A DNA stretch of 11,390 bases, from assembly GCA_019057635.1 (NCBI GenBank), contig DXJL01000105.1, forward strand, positions 1 through 11,390, read 5' to 3'. This stretch comes from Candidatus Heimdallarchaeota archaeon (GTDB lineage: Archaea; Asgardarchaeota; Heimdallarchaeia; Hodarchaeales; Hodarchaeaceae). This document shows positions 1-7,795 of this stretch, in pieces; position 1 is the first letter of the stretch; the number at the start of each line of letters is the position of its first letter. The notes beneath the pieces are model-generated. The model was not told where the DNA came from, made no database searches, and saw only the letters and a list, made by a program, of their open reading frames with translations. The translations under genes and the position numbers were made by a program.

Positions 1-425
1 AAAATCGTCTTCAAGATAGGTACTTTACTAATTCCGGAAGTGATGACATCATCTACTAATAAAATTCGCTTATTCCTTATATTTCCTTCAATGAGCTTCC
101 CAGTTCCATGGTCTTTTTGTTGTATCCGAGCTAAATAAAATTCTTTTTCTAGTTCTAGAGCTAAGGCAGCACCCAATGGGATCCCTGCTAGTGGAGGAGC
201 AATTATTCCATCAAATTCTTCATCAAACCTTGATCTTTTTATATACTTGGAAGTCAGCTTAATTATAGCCTTAAATTCGTTTGGGAAATTGGGTAGTATT
301 CGTAAATCTATGTAAACAGGAGAGATTGACCCATCTTTCAAAGTAAAACTACCAAACTGCACAACATTGACTTTTTGAAGAATTTTCACTAGTTCTTGAA
401 TCTCTGAATTTGTTAAATTAATCAA
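1..425 (-). CDS. pyrE: Orotate phosphoribosyltransferase, 3' end outside the window
   Basis: Not in ORF track; hand translation gives MINLTNSEIQELVKILQKVNVVQFGSFTLKDGSISPVYIDLR...APPLAGIP...KDHGTGKLIEG...RILLVDDVITSG. These are the OPRT N-terminal motif, flexible loop and PRPP-binding motif. TTG at 425 lies 5 nt after GGTGA (435-431); in-frame TTG 437 and GTG 434 are alternatives. Confidence 0.95.
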   Translation of the reverse strand, partial: MINLTNSEIQELVKILQKVNVVQFGSFTLKDGSISPVYIDLRILPNFPNEFKAIIKLTSKYIKRSRFDEEFDGIIAPPLAGIPLGAALALELEKEFYLARIQQKDHGTGKLIEGNIRNKRILLVDDVITSGISKVPILKTI

Positions 426-533
426 TTGTCTCACCAATATTTACTAAGGTTTCATTCTAATTCTTCTTAATTTCTTAGTTTATTAATAGAAGAATTTTAA
501 ATTCCATCCTTATGTGATTTTTTACTGATTATA
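426..533. promoter_or_regulatory. Divergent pyrE/pyrF promoter region with central inverted repeat
   Basis: 108 bp AT-rich gap between divergent genes; AATTCTTCT (459-467) and AGAAGAATT (488-496) form an inverted repeat near its centre. Promoter function inferred from position. Confidence 0.5.
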
Positions 534-1304
534 ATGCAATTTCTGGACTTATTAAATAAATCTAAGCAAGAATCAAAAAGCCAAATTTGTATTGGCTTAG
601 ATTTAGCTGCTTTTGGAACCAGAGAGCAATATACTCTTAAGAAAGAACAGGACAAAGTAGTTGTATTATTGAACTTAATAGAAAACCTATATTCACGATG
701 TTGCGCATTTAAAATTAATCGACAGTACATTCTTGATCTTACCTCACCTGAAATACAACAAATTACACAAGCATCCCATAAACATAGTAGACCAATAATT
801 ATTGATCACAAACTTTCTGATATTGGTTCTACCAACCGACAGGCCATACAACATTTTGCAAAAGAGGGTTTTGATGCATTTACAGCTAGTCCATTTCCTG
901 GAAACGTACAAAATCTTTGTGAAACAGCTCATAATTCAGATCTAGCCGTAATTTTGTTAATATTAATGTCAAATCCAGAAGCAATCTGGATGAAAAAAGC
1001 CTATATCGAGAAGGTTCCTGTATTTCAGTTTAATGCTATTTTAGCAAATGAATTCGCGGATGGAGTCGTTATTGGCGCCACTGGTCATGTTACCAATGAG
1101 AACTTGCATACAATTAAATCTGAAATTTCAGGAAAAGTTGTTTTAGCACCTGGAGTTGGCGCTCAGGGAGGAGATGTGAAATCATTAGTAAATATTTTTC
1201 ACAAAGACGTGATCTTCAATGTTGGAAGAAGTATTATCTATCAAGATGATCCTCTTCAAGTGCTACAATCGTATAATGAATTAGTTAGAAAACATACTGG
1301 GTAA
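534..1304 (+). CDS. pyrF: Orotidine-5'-phosphate decarboxylase
   Basis: ICIGLD, AFKIN, catalytic DxKxxDIxxT (IDHKLSDIGSTN), VIGAT, LAPGVGAQGG, NVGRSII; pyr context. Confidence 0.96.
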   Translation: MQFLDLLNKSKQESKSQICIGLDLAAFGTREQYTLKKEQDKVVVLLNLIENLYSRCCAFKINRQYILDLTSPEIQQITQASHKHSRPIIIDHKLSDIGSTNRQAIQHFAKEGFDAFTASPFPGNVQNLCETAHNSDLAVILLILMSNPEAIWMKKAYIEKVPVFQFNAILANEFADGVVIGATGHVTNENLHTIKSEISGKVVLAPGVGAQGGDVKSLVNIFHKDVIFNVGRSIIYQDDPLQVLQSYNELVRKHTG

Positions 1305-1308
1305 TAAT

Positions 1309-2556
1309 TTGTTATTAACTAACGCTAAAATCTGGGTTACAGATAGGATTATTGAAGGAAATCTACTTCTCGATGATGAGAGCGGAGTTATACAAAGTAT
1401 TTTCAAAAGCTCATCTTCTACAAATGAGCAGAATGAATTCAAGATTAATTTAAGGAAGAAATTAATTATACCAAGTTTAATTGATATTCATTGCCATTTA
1501 CGAGATTTTAATGAATCGCACAAAGAAACTTATCAAACTGGTGCAAAAGCAGCCGCTGCAGGTGGATATACTCACGTTTTTGATATGCCAAACAAGCAAC
1601 CCGCAGTTATTTCGAATAAACAAATACAGGGAATTAATAAAACTATTAAAAATCTTAACTCTGTCAAAATTACCCCCTTTTTACTATTATGTAGTGAAAC
1701 AGAAGAACTTTTGAAATATAAGTATCCTTTTTTGAAAGCCTATCTAGGATTAACTACTGGTAATTATCTTACAACAGAATTAGATATACAGAATTTCATT
1801 CAGAATTCTTCTTCTTTCTTAAGTGTCCATTGTGAAGATAATGAACTTATTGAAAGAAATAAAATAAAGATGAAAGATGAATTAAAGGATCATTGTGAAA
1901 TAAGAGGGGCAGAAACGGAATTAACCTCTCTTTCAACGCTTCTTCGGATAAAAAATGAGCTTAAGTCTAATACAACCCTTCATGTTGCTCATTTGACGCT
2001 TACAAGATCTATTGATATGCTTAAAAATAAAAATATCTCTTTCGAAGTAACACCCCATCATTTACTTCTTAATCGCGATGATTACACCCGTCTCGGAGTG
2101 TGGGGTAAAATGAATCCTCCACTAAGAAATAAAAATGAGCAAGGTATGTTATTGAAAGCATTTTTGGAAGGCAGAATACCTATAATCGCAACTGATCATG
2201 CCCCACATACAAAGGAGGAGAAAGTTAATTCTCTTAGAGCAGGAGTCCCTGGGCTTGAAACTACTCTTCCTCTTTTACTAGACAAACTCAAACCTTTAGA
2301 TATTCAAAAAATCCAGTTAATAATAGATGTATTAGCAACAAATCCAAGAAAAATTATGAAATCCTCATCCAGAGGTATTATTGCCGAAGGTGAGGTGGCT
2401 GATCTGACAATAATAGATTTAAATATGATTAAAGAAGTAAAAGGAGAAAATCTCTACACAAAATGTAATTGGAGTCCTTGGGAAGGAAAAAAATTGAAAG
2501 GATGGCCTGTAATGACCATTAGAGAAGGCCGAATCATCCATAACGATCTATTCTGA
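1309..2556 (+). CDS. pyrC: Dihydroorotase
   Basis: DIHCHLRD, AAAAGGYT, DMPN, VHCE, HVAH, EVTPHHL, KMNPPLR, IATDHAPH; TTG start 4 nt after pyrF stop. Confidence 0.94.
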   Translation: MLLTNAKIWVTDRIIEGNLLLDDESGVIQSIFKSSSSTNEQNEFKINLRKKLIIPSLIDIHCHLRDFNESHKETYQTGAKAAAAGGYTHVFDMPNKQPAVISNKQIQGINKTIKNLNSVKITPFLLLCSETEELLKYKYPFLKAYLGLTTGNYLTTELDIQNFIQNSSSFLSVHCEDNELIERNKIKMKDELKDHCEIRGAETELTSLSTLLRIKNELKSNTTLHVAHLTLTRSIDMLKNKNISFEVTPHHLLLNRDDYTRLGVWGKMNPPLRNKNEQGMLLKAFLEGRIPIIATDHAPHTKEEKVNSLRAGVPGLETTLPLLLDKLKPLDIQKIQLIIDVLATNPRKIMKSSSRGIIAEGEVADLTIIDLNMIKEVKGENLYTKCNWSPWEGKKLKGWPVMTIREGRIIHNDLF

Positions 2557-2588
2557 CTTCATTTTAGAATAAGATACACTCAAGTCTC

Positions 2589-3437
2589 TTAAAGACGATA
2601 TTTCGACCCATTTGCATTCCTACCAAATGAACCAAAGTCTGTTATCTTTTGTAGAACATCACCGCGAAACACTGGGCCATCACGACAAATACTGAGACCA
2701 ACGCCATCTAAATAACAGGAACCGCAAATACCAAAACCACAACGAATGTACCTGTCTGCTAAGCTAAATTGAGCATTTTTCTCAAGGTTAAATTGATTTA
2801 CAATATCTAAAATGCCTTTAAGCATTTTTTCTGGTCCACAGGAATAGATCTCATGGGATAAATTTTTTTGTTGAGCTTTCTGAAGAATTTCCTCTAATAT
2901 AATAGTCGGAAAACCATGGAAACCAAATGATCCGTCATCTGTACAATAACGAATGTCAATATCAGTGTTATTCAATTCCTCCTTAAAGAACAGTTCATCG
3001 TGAGTTCTTGCACCATGAATGAGAAGTATTTTTTTTTGAGTCCTTGATATTAAAGTGGATATTATGAATCTCAAGGGTGCAATTCCCATTCCACCTGCAA
3101 TAATAATAGCTACTTCTTTATCGCTTATATCAAAACCATTACCATAAGGACCACGTAGACCAACTAAGTCACCTTTGTTCATTCTGAGAAAATTAGCTGA
3201 TGTTTGCCCTTTTGAGCATATTGTAAACTGAATTTTTTCATTATTTTCAATTTGGCTTATTGAGATGGGTATTTCATCGTCTCCTGGAAGCCATAACATG
3301 AAGTATTGGCCTGGAATGGGATTAAGCTCAAGATTTGCAGGCAAATGAAAAGAAAAAGTCGCTGTCTTTTCACCCTCAAATACTAGGTCTGTAATCGTTA
3401 AACAAAGTGGAATTTCAATTCGATTCTGTTTATTCAT
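2589..3437 (-). CDS. pyrK: Dihydroorotate dehydrogenase electron transfer subunit (FAD/[2Fe-2S])
   Basis: PGQYFMLW, EIPISIS, LRGPYGNGF, AGGMGIAP, TDDGSFG, SCGPEKM, CGFGICGSC...C-RDGPVF iron-sulfur motif; 8-bp overlap with pyrD. Confidence 0.95.
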   Translation of the reverse strand: MNKQNRIEIPLCLTITDLVFEGEKTATFSFHLPANLELNPIPGQYFMLWLPGDDEIPISISQIENNEKIQFTICSKGQTSANFLRMNKGDLVGLRGPYGNGFDISDKEVAIIIAGGMGIAPLRFIISTLISRTQKKILLIHGARTHDELFFKEELNNTDIDIRYCTDDGSFGFHGFPTIILEEILQKAQQKNLSHEIYSCGPEKMLKGILDIVNQFNLEKNAQFSLADRYIRCGFGICGSCYLDGVGLSICRDGPVFRGDVLQKITDFGSFGRNANGSKYRL

Positions 3438-4362
3438 GGGCTAATCCCCTTAGTTGGCTGAATGATTTCCCCTCTCTTGAAAGGTACTCATTTAATCCAT
3501 TTAGAATGTTATGAATGAGTGTTTGAGGAGCATCATAATCGATTAAAGCTGAACCAATTTGGATAGCCGTTGCTCCAGCAAGAATATATTCAATTGCATC
3601 TTGCCAAGAACTTATTCCTCCCACTCCAACAAGAGGTATCTCTGAACCGAATCTTTCGTATAGATCATAAATCACCCTTACTCCTATTGGTTTTATTGCC
3701 TGACCAGATAAACCACCAGAAATGTTTCCTAATACTGGTTTTTTAATGTGAATATCAATCATCATAGCTTTTATTGTATTAATTGCAACAATAGCATCTG
3801 CACCTGCAGAAATCGCAGATTCAGCAACTGATTTAATATTCGTGATGTTTGGAGTCAATTTCACCCAAATGGGTACTTTAGTCCTAACTTTACATGCTTC
3901 TACTATAGTGTATACAATATTTGGGTCTGTGCCCACGGCTATGCCAACTTTTTTAGCGTGAGGACAACTTAAGTTCAACTCATAGGCGATTGGAGTGTTC
4001 CCAGTTAAGTTATTATCCATATGTTGAATTATTTGTTGAAATTCAGTTGATGAAGAACCAAAGATCGAGACTGAATATTTTACATCAGGGTTAATTTCAC
4101 GGAGTTCTTCACTAAATGCATCATATCCTGGGTTGGCTAATCCAACAGCATTTAAAATAGACTTTATTTCAGGAATATAGATAACTGAAGGGTTTGGATG
4201 ACCTTTTCGCGGGTTTAACCCAACGGATTTTGTAGTTACTGCTCCAAATCCTTCTTTATATGCCCGATTAAGTGTTGAATATGTTGATCCCCAAATACCA
4301 GAGGATAAAATTATCGGATTCCTTATTCTTACTGTTCCAATGAGAGTTTTGAGCTCTGTCAT
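3430..4362 (-). CDS. pyrD: Dihydroorotate dehydrogenase family 1B catalytic subunit
   Basis: TKS, NAVGLANPG, catalytic ELNLSCPH, VKLTPN, AINT, GGLSG, GVGGI; adjacent to pyrK. Confidence 0.96.
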   Translation of the reverse strand: MTELKTLIGTVRIRNPIILSSGIWGSTYSTLNRAYKEGFGAVTTKSVGLNPRKGHPNPSVIYIPEIKSILNAVGLANPGYDAFSEELREINPDVKYSVSIFGSSSTEFQQIIQHMDNNLTGNTPIAYELNLSCPHAKKVGIAVGTDPNIVYTIVEACKVRTKVPIWVKLTPNITNIKSVAESAISAGADAIVAINTIKAMMIDIHIKKPVLGNISGGLSGQAIKPIGVRVIYDLYERFGSEIPLVGVGGISSWQDAIEYILAGATAIQIGSALIDYDAPQTLIHNILNGLNEYLSREGKSFSQLRGLAHE

Positions 4363-4375
4363 GTCTTGATCTCAA

Positions 4376-4885
4376 TTACTGTATTAATGAAATATTTTCA
4401 AGGATTTTGAAGATCTTATCACAGTATACGCACCGAAGGCTTAGGTTTTCACGGTTTCCAACTTCATTACTTCCAATAACAGTAAATTCTGTTTCTACAT
4501 CTTCTCGTAAGTTTGTAATACAGCTAATTCCTGGACATTTGATAACACCGTAGGCTTTCTCAGGAGTTTGAATTTTTTCTTTGTGGACAATGTGATAATT
4601 CTCTATACAGATAAAATTGCTTCCCGATATTAATAACCCTAAGACATCTAAATTCAGATCTTCCTTACCTATATTCCTGATTTTAAGAACATCTTTTCTC
4701 CCGAGTTTTTTAGAAGGAACGTTCATTGCTATAAATACCGAATGAGGGAAATGCACATCAATATTTAATGCTTGTAAAACGTAAAATGCTCCTCCAGTAA
4801 CAATATGATCGATAACAATTCCATTATCAATTTTTTTTACTGAAAGTTGTTTATCATTTGATTTTGTCTTAGCCAATATTCTCAA
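4376..4885 (-). CDS. pyrI: Aspartate carbamoyltransferase regulatory chain
   Basis: VKKIDNGIVIDHI, NVPSKKLGRKDVLKI, zinc ligands CPGISC and CVYC; TTG start 1 nt after pyrB stop (exact start uncertain). Confidence 0.94.
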   Translation of the reverse strand: MRILAKTKSNDKQLSVKKIDNGIVIDHIVTGGAFYVLQALNIDVHFPHSVFIAMNVPSKKLGRKDVLKIRNIGKEDLNLDVLGLLISGSNFICIENYHIVHKEKIQTPEKAYGVIKCPGISCITNLREDVETEFTVIGSNEVGNRENLSLRCVYCDKIFKILENISLIQ

Positions 4886-4886
4886 C

Positions 4887-5825
4887 TCAGTGTATTAACC
4901 GATTTAAAACTGCCATTCGGGTGTAAACTCCATTTTTCGCTTGCTCAAAGTATTTTGCTTGTGGAAATCGATCAATAGCATAAGGAATTTCATCCACTCT
5001 TGGTAATGGATGCATAATAATTAAATCTTCTTTTGCGGCTTTCATTAAGTCAGGTCGAAGTTGGTAAGACTCTTTTACTTTGTTATACAGCATTGGATCT
5101 GGGAATCGTTCTTTCTGTAATCGTGTAACATAGAGAACATCGAGACTACTAATTATTTCAGCAAGATTCGTTGCTTTATGCATCTCTAAATCAGTTGATT
5201 CAAGATCGTAGACTAATTCGTCTTGTAAATGTAAAGACGGGTGAGATAGATAATAGATAGTGTTTCGACCAAATTTACCTAGGGCAAATAATAATGAAGA
5301 AATTGTACGACTATACCGTAAGTCTCCAACAATACCTACATTAAGTCCTGATAACCTATGATGATATTCTTGAATTGTAAAAATGTCTAATAAAGCCTGA
5401 GTAGGATGTTCCTGACTTCCCGAACCTCCTGATATAACTGGAACTCCATATTTATCCGCAATTTTGGCTGCAAGCTTACAACTACCTCTTAGTGGATGTC
5501 GTAGTACGATACAATCAGAATATCCTGCTAGCATAGTTATGGTATCAGACAGAGACTCACCTTTCTCGATTGAGGTTCCAGCTTGGCTTGAAAATCCTAA
5601 TGTTTTACCTCCTAAACGAAGCATTGCACTTTCAAAAGATAACCTTGTTCGAGTACTTGCTTCCCAAAATGCTAAGGACAATATTTTCCCTTTTAAAGCC
5701 TCTGCATATTTGGAAGGATTTTGTTTAATTTCAGATGCATCGTCTAAGATGCCTTGAATAAAATTTTCAGTCATGTATCGAATACCAAAAATATGAGAGG
5801 TTTGGTGTTCAGTATCTTCATTCAT
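4887..5825 (-). CDS. pyrB: Aspartate carbamoyltransferase catalytic chain
   Basis: EASTRTRLSFE, SIEKGES, LRHP, HPTQALLD, GDLRYSRT, TRLQKER, MHPLPR. Confidence 0.97.
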   Translation of the reverse strand: MNEDTEHQTSHIFGIRYMTENFIQGILDDASEIKQNPSKYAEALKGKILSLAFWEASTRTRLSFESAMLRLGGKTLGFSSQAGTSIEKGESLSDTITMLAGYSDCIVLRHPLRGSCKLAAKIADKYGVPVISGGSGSQEHPTQALLDIFTIQEYHHRLSGLNVGIVGDLRYSRTISSLLFALGKFGRNTIYYLSHPSLHLQDELVYDLESTDLEMHKATNLAEIISSLDVLYVTRLQKERFPDPMLYNKVKESYQLRPDLMKAAKEDLIIMHPLPRVDEIPYAIDRFPQAKYFEQAKNGVYTRMAVLNRLIH

Positions 5826-6025
5826 TAGTATTTTTCTCCATGTTTATACGGATTGATGGTTCCAGCATCCATATTCAAATAACCATCAAATTTCAAAGGT
5901 GAAACATTATATCCTGTTGAATCTAGAATTTTTGCGAGGGAGGCAGCCAATAATCCTTTTCCCAACCCAGACATGACTCCCCCAGTGATTATGATATATT
6001 TAGGGGTTATTATCTTAGCCTCCAA
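5825..6025 (-). pseudogene. pyrG: N-terminal fragment of CTP synthase (about 60 residues of a normally ~530-550 aa enzyme); remnant or leader ORF
   Basis: [22 protein letters not shown]...[20 protein letters not shown] matches the CTP synthase N-terminus, then KY-stop; stop overlaps pyrB ATG (TAATG). Identity is secure; pseudogene versus functional mini-ORF is not. Confidence 0.85.
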
Positions 6026-6080
6026 TAGTATTAGTGGATTTACTTAGGTTTTTGTATTCAAACACGGTAGTTTTTCTATT

Positions 6081-6103
6081 CTTATAAATGTAAGTCATTT
6101 ATA
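6081..6103 (-). promoter_or_regulatory. Candidate TATA box with overlapping palindrome for the pyrG'-pyrBIDK operon
   Basis: TATAAATG-taagt-CATTTATA (6083-6103); the minus strand reads TTTATAAG at 6088-6081, about 55 nt upstream of pyrG'. Confidence 0.4.
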
Positions 6104-6316
6104 TCTATCATACTGATTGTAGGATTGTATACACGAAATTCTCTATTACAAAATTCTTTTCTTTTTGACCTGTAGGTAACATCAATCGAGGATTAAATTT
6201 CGGAGTAATGCACTCTTTTTCATCCACTTTTAATTTAATGGATTAACCTGAGATGTTTTAGCCATTATAAAAGGAAAAAAGGAGGGAGAAAGCAGATAGG
6301 AATAAAAGTAGCCTTG

Positions 6317-6343
6317 AAAAAAACCGAGATAGATAACCCTCGG
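6317..6343 (-). terminator. Hairpin plus T7 terminator after the carbamoyltransferase gene
   Basis: Minus strand directly after TAA: CCGAG-ggttatctat-CTCGG-TTTTTTT. Confidence 0.65.
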
Positions 6344-6345
6344 GA

Positions 6346-7419
6346 TTAATGCATAATACAGGCCATGACACCTTTTTGTGCATGTAGTCTGTTCTCTGCT
6401 TGATCAAAAATAATTGATCTAGGACCGTCGGCTACAGAATCATCAACTTCCATTCCTCGATCTTGCGGAAGGCAGTGCATGTAATAACCACGTCCATTTT
6501 TAGTAACATCCATCAGCTCTTCTGTGGTTTTCCAGCCTTTATATTTATTCATAATATCGGGCATGATTGAGGGATTAGCAGGTCTTACACCATCAATACC
6601 ATGTGCCTCTAAGACTCCCCAACTTTTAGGATAGACGAAATCTGCTCCTTCAAATGCTGTTTTCATATCCCGCTCGATCTGAAATGATCCACCATGAATA
6701 TCAGCGTATTCTTCTACCTTCTTGATAATATCAGGGTGTAAATCAAATTCTGGTGGACAGGCGAGGGTGACATCCATACCAAACATGGATGGTGCTAACA
6801 CACCTGTTTGTGGGACAGCCATGGGTTTTTGACCCGCTGAGTAAGCCCAACTCATAACAAATTTCTTTCCTTGTAAATTATTGAAGCTATGACCGCTTTT
6901 CTCATACATAGTCATTACATCAGCCATACCCTGACAAGGATGATAAACATCGCTTTCCATGTTAATTATGGGTTTTTTACTCCAATACGCAAAATTTTCT
7001 TGGATTTTTTGGCCTTTTCCGTACATCCACCCACACTTGTCTCCATAAATACGAATGGCAATTGCATCACCCATCCGTGAGAGGACACGCGCTACATCAG
7101 AGACCCGTTCTGTCTCGTAGGCAATTTCATCCCCAAGGAGTGCTGGTGTATATATCGCTCCTGGTTCTAGAAAGTGTGCATGACCTCCTAATTGGGTCAT
7201 TCCAGCCTCAAACGAATTTCTTGTCCGTAAACTATCATTATAAAACACCATGAATAATGTTTGCGCGGGTAATATCTGTCGGTGGTCTTCACGCATAGTG
7301 AACCGCTTTTTCAGATCCATTCCTACACTCAAAAACGTCTCAATTTCTTCACGTGTAAAATCGGTCATGGTGAGAAAATCTCGCCCTTTCAAATCTTCTG
7401 TGACTACCATAATTAGCAT
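6346..7419 (-). CDS. Knotted (YgeW/N-acylornithine-type) carbamoyltransferase, substrate uncertain
   Basis: SLRTRNSF, HPCQGMAD and HCLP define the transcarbamylase fold. SWAYSAGQKPMAVPQ and ADFVYPKSW resemble YgeW and differ from ArgF (no GDxxNN, no WxSMG). ATG at 7410, after AAGGA, may be the true start. Confidence 0.85.
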   Translation of the reverse strand: MLIMVVTEDLKGRDFLTMTDFTREEIETFLSVGMDLKKRFTMREDHRQILPAQTLFMVFYNDSLRTRNSFEAGMTQLGGHAHFLEPGAIYTPALLGDEIAYETERVSDVARVLSRMGDAIAIRIYGDKCGWMYGKGQKIQENFAYWSKKPIINMESDVYHPCQGMADVMTMYEKSGHSFNNLQGKKFVMSWAYSAGQKPMAVPQTGVLAPSMFGMDVTLACPPEFDLHPDIIKKVEEYADIHGGSFQIERDMKTAFEGADFVYPKSWGVLEAHGIDGVRPANPSIMPDIMNKYKGWKTTEELMDVTKNGRGYYMHCLPQDRGMEVDDSVADGPRSIIFDQAENRLHAQKGVMACIMH

Positions 7420-7795
7420 TCCTTATGTTAAATTCTGTTAAAGTACTGGAGGTTATCTTAATCGGTTTAGGTAACTACTCTAGGGTATCCTCACCACTGA
7501 CTACTTAACTTCAAATTTCTTATCGAGTTAAGTGTAAAGATGAAGAGTCGTTATTTTTTAGCTTACTCCGAGGAAAATATCTAGTTATACACAAAGGCTT
7601 TGAAGTATCTACTTTCATTCTTGGAACTATTGTTATAGCCTTCCTTCAGAGAAAGAAAAAATCACCTTTCTCTCTTTTCTTTTTCTCATCCTTTACGACT
7701 CTTTTTCGATCAGGGTAGACATTATTCAAATATTAGTAGAGGAAGTTTTAAGAGGTGTTTTCACAATAGTTAATTCAAACACATGGTGATTCGAT

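Noticed and set aside
1309-2556. Reading pyrC as allantoinase or hydantoinase (HyuA) of the purine pathway
   Set aside because: HxHxR, MPN and DHAPH substrate residues and tight linkage to pyrF support dihydroorotase.
5826-5843. Programmed -1 frameshift fusing PyrG' to PyrB at GGA GAA AAA TAC
   Set aside because: The pyrB frame is open for only six codons upstream of its ATG, and there is no canonical X XXY YYZ heptamer or evident stimulator; TAATG coupling explains the junction.
6026-6345. PyrR-type attenuator, purine riboswitch, or remainder of pyrG in this gap
   Set aside because: No matching consensus seen by eye and no PyrG-like sequence noticed; an Rfam search would be needed to exclude fully.
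6346-7419. Calling this gene argF/arcB
   Set aside because: Lacks the OTCase ornithine-binding motifs (GDxxNN, WxSMG).
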